A stretch of 40,000 nucleotides of DNA. Source: Oscillospiraceae bacterium (lineage in GTDB: Bacteria; Bacillota; Clostridia; Oscillospirales; Oscillospiraceae). The stretch spans positions 264,507-304,506 of the forward strand of contig CAJTFN010000001.1 of NCBI GenBank assembly GCA_910575815.1, in the 5' to 3' direction. The position numbers and the translations under genes were made by a program. The notes under the pieces were generated by a model. It saw only the letters and a program-made list of their open reading frames with translations. It did no database searches and had not been told where the DNA came from. Below are positions 33,919 through 40,000 of this stretch, piece after piece (the stretch's first letter is position 1; every line of letters begins with the position of its first letter).

Positions 33919-34965
33919 GTGAGGTTCATCACCATCGGGGAGATCATGCTGCGCCTGACCCCGCCGGACTACGGCAAAATACGCGTGGCCAACAGCTTTG
34001 AGGCCAGCTATGGCGGCAGCGAGGCGAACATTGCCCTGGCCCTGGCCAATCTGGGGATCGACAGCACTTTTTTCAGCGTTGTTCCCAACAACAGCTTAGG
34101 CAAGAGCGCCGTGCGGATGCTCCGGGCCAACGATGTCCACTGCGCCCCAGTGATCTTCTCCACCCGGGAGGAGACCCCCACCCACCGGCTGGGAACCTAT
34201 TACCTGGAGACCGGCTACGGCATCCGGCCCAGCAAGGTCACTTACGACCGGCGGCACAGCGCGATCACGGAGTACGATTTTTCCAAGGTCGACCTGGACG
34301 CCCTGCTGGAGGGGTTCCACTGGCTTCACCTCAGCGGTGTTACGCCGGCGTTGTCCCCCAGCTGTGGCCGGTTTCTTTTGGACTGCTTGAAAAAGGCCCG
34401 GGAGAAGGGGCTGACCGTCAGCTTTGACGGGAACTTCCGCAGCAAGCTCTGGACCTGGGAGGAGGCGCGGGACTACTGCACCCGGTGCCTGCCCTATGTG
34501 GATGTGCTGCTGGGCATTGAGCCCTACCACCTCTGGCGGGACGAGGGGGACCACCGCAAGGGAGACTGGAAGGACGGTGTGCCTCTCCAGCCCAGCTACA
34601 AGCAGCAGGACGAAATCTTCCGGCGCTTTGTAGAGCGCTATCCCAATCTTCGGTGCATCGCCCGGCATGTGCGCTTCGCCCACAGTGGCAGTGAAAACAG
34701 TCTGATGGCCTATATGTGGTACCAGGGCCAGACCTATGAGAGTAAATATTTCACCTTCCACATTCTGGACCGGGTGGGGGGAGGGGACGCCTTTGCCGCC
34801 GGGCTGATCTATGCCATGATCCAGGGCGATTCCCCGCTGGACATGGTCAACTTTGCTGTGGCCGCCAGCGCCATCAAACACACCATCCACGGCGATGGCA
34901 ACATCACCGACGATGTGGAGTCCATCCGCAGCCTGATGCACATGAATTACGACATCAAGCGCTGA
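33919..34965 (+). CDS. kdgK: 2-dehydro-3-deoxygluconokinase
   Basis: GTG start at 33919 chosen so the product begins (M)RFITIGEIMLRLTPP..., as KdgK proteins do. The track ORF starts at 33757 inside eda. pfkB signature GGGDAFAAG is present. Confidence 0.8.
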   Translation: MRFITIGEIMLRLTPPDYGKIRVANSFEASYGGSEANIALALANLGIDSTFFSVVPNNSLGKSAVRMLRANDVHCAPVIFSTREETPTHRLGTYYLETGYGIRPSKVTYDRRHSAITEYDFSKVDLDALLEGFHWLHLSGVTPALSPSCGRFLLDCLKKAREKGLTVSFDGNFRSKLWTWEEARDYCTRCLPYVDVLLGIEPYHLWRDEGDHRKGDWKDGVPLQPSYKQQDEIFRRFVERYPNLRCIARHVRFAHSGSENSLMAYMWYQGQTYESKYFTFHILDRVGGGDAFAAGLIYAMIQGDSPLDMVNFAVAASAIKHTIHGDGNITDDVESIRSLMHMNYDIKR

Positions 34966-35001
34966 TTTCGGGACAACGATTGAATCAAGGAGACGAAGCT
35001 T

Positions 35002-36618
35002 ATGAAGCTGAACTATGAGAGTATTCAAAACCGGGAGGCCTGGGAAAAGGCCGGGGTCACCCTGCCGGGGTTTGACTGGAAGGACATGGCCGCGGAGACG
35101 GAGGCCCGTCCAACCTGGGTCCATTTTGGCTCCGGCAGCCTCTTCCGGGCGTTTCACGCCCTGCTCCAGCAGTCCCTCATTGAGCAGGGGCTGGTAAAGG
35201 GCGGCCTCTATACCGCCGAGACCTTTGACTATGAGATCGTGGACAACACGTATGGCCCTTATGACAACCTGAGCCTTCTGGTCACCCTGATGCCCGACGG
35301 GAACATGGAGAAGACCGTAGTAGGCTCCGTGGCCGGGGCCCTCCGGGCGGATCCCTCGTTTCCCCAGGACTGGGAGAAGCTGAAAGCCATCTTCCGCAAT
35401 CCCTCCCTCCAGCTCATCACCTTCACCATTACGGAGAAGGGCTATGCCCTCACCGGCCTGGACGGGAGCTTCACGCCCTTGGCGGAGAAGGACTTTGCTG
35501 CCGGCCCGGAGAAATGCGTCTCCGCCATGGGTAAGGTGACGGCCTTGCTGCTGGAGCGCTTCCGGGCTGGGAAATACCCCATGGCCGTAGTCAGCACGGA
35601 CAACTGCTCCCGCAATGGAGAAAAGGTCCGGCGCGGCGTGGTGACCATGGCGGAGAAGTGGCTGGACAAAGGCTTTGTCTCCAAGGACTTCACGGCCTGG
35701 CTGGAGGACGAGAGCAACGTCTCCTTCCCCTGGACCATGATCGACAAGATCACTCCCCGGCCTGCCCCTGCCGTGGAAAAGGCCCTGGAGGAAGCCGGAT
35801 TTGAGGATATGAAGGTCAAGATCACCGGAAAGAACGGCTACACCGCTGCCTTTGTCAACGCGGAAAAGCCTCAGTATCTGGTGATTGAGGACCGCTTCCC
35901 CAACGGCCGCCCGCCGCTGGAGAAGGCGGGGGTCTATATGACGGACCGGGACACCGTAAACAAGGTGGAGCGGATGAAGGTGACGACCTGCTTGAATCCT
36001 CTGCACACCGCCCTGGCCATTTACGGCTGCCTCCTGGGCTACGACTCCATCGCCGCCGAGATGCGGGATCCGGAGCTCAAGGCGCTGATTGAGAAGGTGG
36101 GCTACGAAGAGGGCATGCCTGTGGTGACAGACCCGGGGATCATCAAACCCCTGGATTTCATCCATGAGGTCATTGACCAGCGTTTTCCAAATCCCTTCAT
36201 GCCGGATACGCCCCAGCGCATCGCCATGGACACCAGCCAGAAGATCTCGATCCGCTTTGGCGAGACCATCAAGTCCTACGCGGAGCGGCCGGGCCTGGAC
36301 CCGAAGACGCTGACCTATATTCCCCTGGTGATTGCCGGGTGGCTGCGCTATCTGCTGGCGGTGGACGACGAGGGGAAGCCCTTCCCGTGCAGCGGCGATC
36401 CCATGCTGGCGGAGCTCCAGGAGAAGCTGGCCGGTATTGCCCTGGGTCAGCCAGAGAGTGCCAAGGGCAAGCTGGAGGGGATTCTCCGGAACCCTGTGAT
36501 TTTCGGCTCCGATTTGGTGGAGATGGGACTGGCCCATAAGATCGAGGGTATGCTGGGCGAGCTGCTGGCGGGCCCAGGCGCCGTGCGGGCTACGTTGCGG
36601 AAATATTTGGGGAACTGA
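35002..36618 (+). CDS. uxuB: mannitol dehydrogenase-family oxidoreductase, probably fructuronate reductase
   Basis: 538 aa with a long-chain mannitol-dehydrogenase family look. Pathway context with uxaC and uxuA. Specificity is not proven. Confidence 0.65.
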   Translation: MKLNYESIQNREAWEKAGVTLPGFDWKDMAAETEARPTWVHFGSGSLFRAFHALLQQSLIEQGLVKGGLYTAETFDYEIVDNTYGPYDNLSLLVTLMPDGNMEKTVVGSVAGALRADPSFPQDWEKLKAIFRNPSLQLITFTITEKGYALTGLDGSFTPLAEKDFAAGPEKCVSAMGKVTALLLERFRAGKYPMAVVSTDNCSRNGEKVRRGVVTMAEKWLDKGFVSKDFTAWLEDESNVSFPWTMIDKITPRPAPAVEKALEEAGFEDMKVKITGKNGYTAAFVNAEKPQYLVIEDRFPNGRPPLEKAGVYMTDRDTVNKVERMKVTTCLNPLHTALAIYGCLLGYDSIAAEMRDPELKALIEKVGYEEGMPVVTDPGIIKPLDFIHEVIDQRFPNPFMPDTPQRIAMDTSQKISIRFGETIKSYAERPGLDPKTLTYIPLVIAGWLRYLLAVDDEGKPFPCSGDPMLAELQEKLAGIALGQPESAKGKLEGILRNPVIFGSDLVEMGLAHKIEGMLGELLAGPGAVRATLRKYLGN

Positions 36619-36649
36619 CCACAGGGAGGTTCCCGATGGCCTTGAAAAA

Positions 36650-36685
36650 ACGAGTGGGACCCGTCATGGGTCCCACTCGTGGTTT
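36650..36685. terminator. bidirectional terminator between convergent uxuB and ftsK
   Basis: 13-bp stem ACGAGTGGGACCC (36650-36662) / GGGTCCCACTCGT (36668-36680), flanked by AAAAAA upstream and GGTTTT downstream. Confidence 0.6.
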
Positions 36686-36800
36686 TAAGGGCCGTAAAGC
36701 GGACATGCGGCAGCCGTCCCAGTCGGCGCGCAGCACGTTTTGTGCCCTGGCGGAAAGGCCCGCCTTGGATACCGTGTTCCGGTTTTCCAGTTTGTGAATC

Positions 36801-39407
36801 TTAAAACTCCTCTTCGGAGGGTTCCGCAGAGGCTCCGGCGGCCTCGCCGCTTCCCCCCATTTTGAGCTCTTGCCACTTCTCCTTTGTGATCAGCAGCTGC
36901 CGGGGCTTGGAACCCTCGAAGGGGCCTACGTAGCCCCGCTCCTCCAGCTGGTCCACCAGCCGGGCGGCCCGGGAGTACCCCAGCTTCAAGCGGCGTTGGA
37001 GCATGGATGTGGAGGCCTGTCCCGTCTCCAGAATGACCTCCACGGCGGCAGGGAGGAGCTCGTCGCTTTCCTGTTCCTCCGGCTCGGCGGAGGATTTTCC
37101 GCTGCCCTTGCCGCCCTTCTCCTGGACGGATTCCTCGATCTTGGCGATGACATCGTCGTCGTACTGGGCCTCTCCGGTCTGCTTGACGAAGGACACCACC
37201 CGGTCGATCTCCTCCGGGGTGATGAAGCAGCCCTGGACCCGGGTGGGCTTTCCGGCCCCCAGGGGAGCGTAGAGCATGTCCCCCCGGCCCACCAGCTTTT
37301 CCGCGCCGCCGTTGTCCAGGATGATCCGGGACTCCATGGAGGAGGCCACGGCGAAGGCAATGCGGCTGGGGATGTTGGCCTTCATGAGGCCGGTGATGAC
37401 GTCGGCGGAGGGCCGCTGGGTGGCGATGACCAGGTGCATCCCGGCGGCACGGCCCATCTGGGCCACCCGGCAGATGGATTCCTCCACCTCCTTGGCGGCC
37501 ACCAGCATCAAGTCCGCCAGCTCGTCAATGACCACCACCACACTGGGCAGGGGCTCCAGGTCCTCTTTCGACTTGGCCAGCCGGTTGAACTCCTCCAGCT
37601 TCTTCACACCGTGCTCAGAGAAGGTTTTGTACCGCTTCATCATCTCGAACACCGCCCACTGGAGGGCTCCGGCGGCCTTCTTCGGGTCCGTCACCACGGG
37701 GATCAGCAGATGGGGAATACCGTTGTAAGGGGCCAGCTCCACCATTTTGGGGTCCACCATGATGAAGCGCACGTCCTCCGGCGTGGATTTGTAGAGGAGG
37801 CTGATAATCAGGGAGTTGGTACAAACGGACTTGCCGGAGCCGGTGGTGCCTGCGATGAGGACGTGGGGCAGGGTGCCGATGTCCCCGATGACGTTTCGTC
37901 CGCCGATGTCCCGGCCCAGGGCGAAGGCCACCTGGGACTTGTGCCCGGCGAAATCCCGGGACTCGATGACGTCCCGGATCAGCACCGGGGTGACCTGCTT
38001 GTTAGGGACCTCGATGCCCACCACGGAAATCTTGTCGGGAATGGGGGCGATGCGCACGCCGGTGGCTCCCAGGGCCAGGGCGATGTCGTCCGCCAGATTT
38101 GTGATCTTGGAGAGCTTGACCCCCTGCTCCAGAATGAACTCGTAGCGGGTGACGGAGGGGCCGTGAATCACGTCCCCGGGGGCGGCGTCCACGCCGAAGC
38201 TGGTAAGAGTCTCCGCCAGGCGGCGGGAGTTGTTCCGCAGCTCCGCTCCAGCTTCCACGTGGTTTTCGCCCTGATTCATTTGTAGCAGGTCGACTGGGGG
38301 ATACAGGTAAGCGCCGTCCTCGGAGGCCAGCTTTTCCTCGATCTCCGCGGCCACGGCGGCGGTCTGGGCCGCCACCTCCTTGGCGGTCTCGGCCTTGCCG
38401 CTGCGGGTGAAGGTCTCCGCCGTAGGCAGAGGCTTCTCCGGCTGAGGGGGGGCGGGTTCCGGGGGAGGGGGTGCCGCCGGCGCGGGTTCCGGCGGCTCAG
38501 GCGCCGACGGCGTCACCGGGGAAGCGGGAATGGGCTCCGGCACAGGAGCGGGAGGCGGCACGGGGATCGCCGCCCGGGGCCGCTCCGGCTCCGGCGCGGG
38601 AACGGGCTTCGGTTCGGAAGCGGCGGCCTGGAGAAGCTGGTCCGGTGTGGGCTGGGTGTCGGCCTTATGGCGGAAAAAGCTGGTGAACTTCCCGGACTTC
38701 TCGGGCTTGGCGGGCCGTTCCTCGCCGTCCAGGGGAATGTCAATCTGAGGCTTGGGTCCGGTGGAAGCCCGGCGCTTGGGCGGGTCCACAGGGGTTACCC
38801 GGATGGCGGGCTCCGGCGGTTCCTCGTACTGGGGCAGGGCCCGCCGCCAGTCGGTAAAGGCGGCCAGGGTCAGCCGCAGGGACACAAACAGCAAGGCGAC
38901 AAACAGCACCGTGAACAAAATCACCGACGCCAGGGGGGAGAACACGGCGGCGGAACCGTTGGCCAGCACACCGGAGACGGCTCCGCCAGACTGCAAGGCT
39001 ACGCCGTCGGCCCAGATGGCACCCAGCATTTGGAAGAAGGAGGGCTCGTAGACCTTCTTGCAGAACACCAGATGGGTCAGGCAGCCAAACAGCGGTGGCA
39101 GCAGCAGGGCGCAGGAGGTCCGCAGCTGGACGGGACGGCCCCGGTGAAAGATCAGGATGAGCCCCGCCAGTACCAGGGCGGGACCCGCCAGCCAGTAGCC
39201 ATAGCCGAACAGGCCCTTCAGGAGCCCCGAGAAGAAGTCCAAAAACAGGGCGTTGACGCCGAAGTAACCCACGAAGACGCACAGGGCCAGCCCCAGAAGC
39301 ACGCCGCCGGTGACCTCCCGTCGGATGGGCTGCTTCTGGGGGGGCTTTTTCGTGGATTTGCCGCCGGACCTTTTGGCGGCGGGTTTCCTCTGTGATGTGG
39401 AAGCCAC
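36801..39407 (-). CDS. ftsK: DNA translocase FtsK/SpoIIIE
   Basis: 868 aa: N-terminal TM segments, a Pro/Ala-rich linker, Walker A GTTGSGKSV, Walker B VVVIDELADLM, and a C-terminal gamma-like winged helix STSMLQRRLKLGYSRAARLVDQLEERG. Confidence 0.9.
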   Translation of the reverse strand: MASTSQRKPAAKRSGGKSTKKPPQKQPIRREVTGGVLLGLALCVFVGYFGVNALFLDFFSGLLKGLFGYGYWLAGPALVLAGLILIFHRGRPVQLRTSCALLLPPLFGCLTHLVFCKKVYEPSFFQMLGAIWADGVALQSGGAVSGVLANGSAAVFSPLASVILFTVLFVALLFVSLRLTLAAFTDWRRALPQYEEPPEPAIRVTPVDPPKRRASTGPKPQIDIPLDGEERPAKPEKSGKFTSFFRHKADTQPTPDQLLQAAASEPKPVPAPEPERPRAAIPVPPPAPVPEPIPASPVTPSAPEPPEPAPAAPPPPEPAPPQPEKPLPTAETFTRSGKAETAKEVAAQTAAVAAEIEEKLASEDGAYLYPPVDLLQMNQGENHVEAGAELRNNSRRLAETLTSFGVDAAPGDVIHGPSVTRYEFILEQGVKLSKITNLADDIALALGATGVRIAPIPDKISVVGIEVPNKQVTPVLIRDVIESRDFAGHKSQVAFALGRDIGGRNVIGDIGTLPHVLIAGTTGSGKSVCTNSLIISLLYKSTPEDVRFIMVDPKMVELAPYNGIPHLLIPVVTDPKKAAGALQWAVFEMMKRYKTFSEHGVKKLEEFNRLAKSKEDLEPLPSVVVVIDELADLMLVAAKEVEESICRVAQMGRAAGMHLVIATQRPSADVITGLMKANIPSRIAFAVASSMESRIILDNGGAEKLVGRGDMLYAPLGAGKPTRVQGCFITPEEIDRVVSFVKQTGEAQYDDDVIAKIEESVQEKGGKGSGKSSAEPEEQESDELLPAAVEVILETGQASTSMLQRRLKLGYSRAARLVDQLEERGYVGPFEGSKPRQLLITKEKWQELKMGGSGEAAGASAEPSEEEF

Positions 39408-39437
39408 GGTTATGTACCTCCGAGAATCGAAAATTTG

Positions 39438-40000
39438 TTACTTTTGCGTGAGGATCAGGGCCAGGGTGACGATGCCGGCCAGCCAGCAGTAATAGGCGAA
39501 GAAGCCAAACCTCCCCTTGTCCGCCACCAGCTTAATCAGGCGGATGCAGAGGTAGCCCACCAGGGCGGAAACCGCTACGCCCACCAGGTAAATAGGGACC
39601 TCCGCCCAGAGAATGCTCTCCTCCAGGGCGTCCTTGAGGCTCAGAATATTGGCCCCCAGAATGGCGGGGATGGACATAAGGAAGGAGTACCGCACGGCGA
39701 ACTTCCGGTCAAAGCCCACGAAGCACCCCGCGGTGATGGTGGTGCCGGAGCGGGAGATGCCGGGGCAGGTGGCCAGCGCCTGACCCACGCCCACCAGCAG
39801 GACGTCCAGCAGGGTGGCGGAGCGCTCCGTCTTCCGTCCCTGGCAGACATGGTCGCTGGCGAAGAGGAGGCAGCCTGTGGCAAGCAGGGCGATAGCCACG
39901 AAGTACATATTGTCCCCCAAGGCCTCGATGGCGTCCTTTACCGGAAGCACGGCAAAGAGGGGCAGGGTGCCCACGATGATCAGCAGGATCATCCTCCGGG
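39438..40000 (-). CDS. uppP: undecaprenyl-diphosphate phosphatase, 3' part; gene continues past the window end
   Basis: Polytopic membrane protein with the conserved PGISRSGTTITAG motif. The frame is still open upstream of the track's Met at 39992. Confidence 0.8.
   Translation of the reverse strand, partial: RRMILLIIVGTLPLFAVLPVKDAIEALGDNMYFVAIALLATGCLLFASDHVCQGRKTERSATLLDVLLVGVGQALATCPGISRSGTTITAGCFVGFDRKFAVRYSFLMSIPAILGANILSLKDALEESILWAEVPIYLVGVAVSALVGYLCIRLIKLVADKGRFGFFAYYCWLAGIVTLALILTQK

Noticed and set aside
34096-36537. 813-aa minus-strand ORF over kdgK and uxuB
   Set aside because: Same shadow-ORF signature. The plus strand carries the pfkB signature GGGDAF and a mannitol-dehydrogenase-like protein.
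38440-38640. Repetitive GC-rich CCGG/GGCGC-type stretch that looked like a tandem repeat
   Set aside because: It encodes the Pro/Ala/Glu-rich linker of FtsK (PVPAPEPERP...PPPPEPAPP). This is low-complexity coding sequence, with no regular repeat-spacer structure.
36870-39395. Plus-strand ORFs (471 aa, 242 aa and others) opposite ftsK
   Set aside because: Antisense shadows of a clearly recognisable FtsK/SpoIIIE gene with Walker A/B motifs and a gamma domain.
1-40000. Scan for CRISPR arrays, tRNA/rRNA genes, IS elements with terminal inverted repeats, reverse transcriptases and diversity-generating retroelements
   Set aside because: No regularly spaced direct repeats, no cloverleaf-like or rRNA-like segments, no transposase-like or RT-like ORFs were seen. 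This is a by-eye scan only; tRNAscan/Infernal and a repeat finder would be decisive.

Overview
High-GC, Firmicutes-type chromosomal window; the Clostridia/Oscillospiraceae guess rests only on gene content and codon style. All protein family calls are by-eye motif recognition, with no searches run.

Left flank (1-6.7 kb): the 5' end of a DHH phosphoesterase gene, a BMP-lipoprotein/ABC nucleoside-type uptake operon, and a DUF1622-like membrane protein.

Centre (about 6681-24301): a visibly lower-GC integrated element of about 17.6 kb. It appears to have split a membrane-protein gene, because the two host fragments rejoin in frame across a shared AG(T).
- Its left 9.2 kb is a PBSX-type contractile tail module on the minus strand: tail terminator-like protein, sheath, tube, chaperone with a -1 frameshift site, tape measure, LysM protein, XkdQ/R/S-like proteins, baseplate J and a DUF2313 protein.
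- I can find no capsid, portal, terminase, tail-fibre, lysis or regulator genes.
- Its right 8 kb reads on the plus strand: a ParB-like protein, an unknown 102-aa protein, a hairpin-dense oriT-like region, a MobA/VirD2-type relaxase whose conserved N-terminus has no canonical start codon, an AbiEi/AbiEii cassette bracketed by diverged direct repeats, a small TnpW-like ORF and a large serine recombinase.
- A 43-aa membrane-peptide gene with a near-consensus promoter lies convergently inside the tail operon.

Right flank (24.3-40 kb): a MalY/PatB-type C-S lyase, an AraC regulator, a TRAP transporter, a complete glucuronate catabolic set (uxuA, uxaC, eda, kdgK, uxuB), ftsK and a partial uppP.

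I saw no rRNA, tRNA or CRISPR array. Many long ORFs in the track are antisense shadows of high-GC genes.
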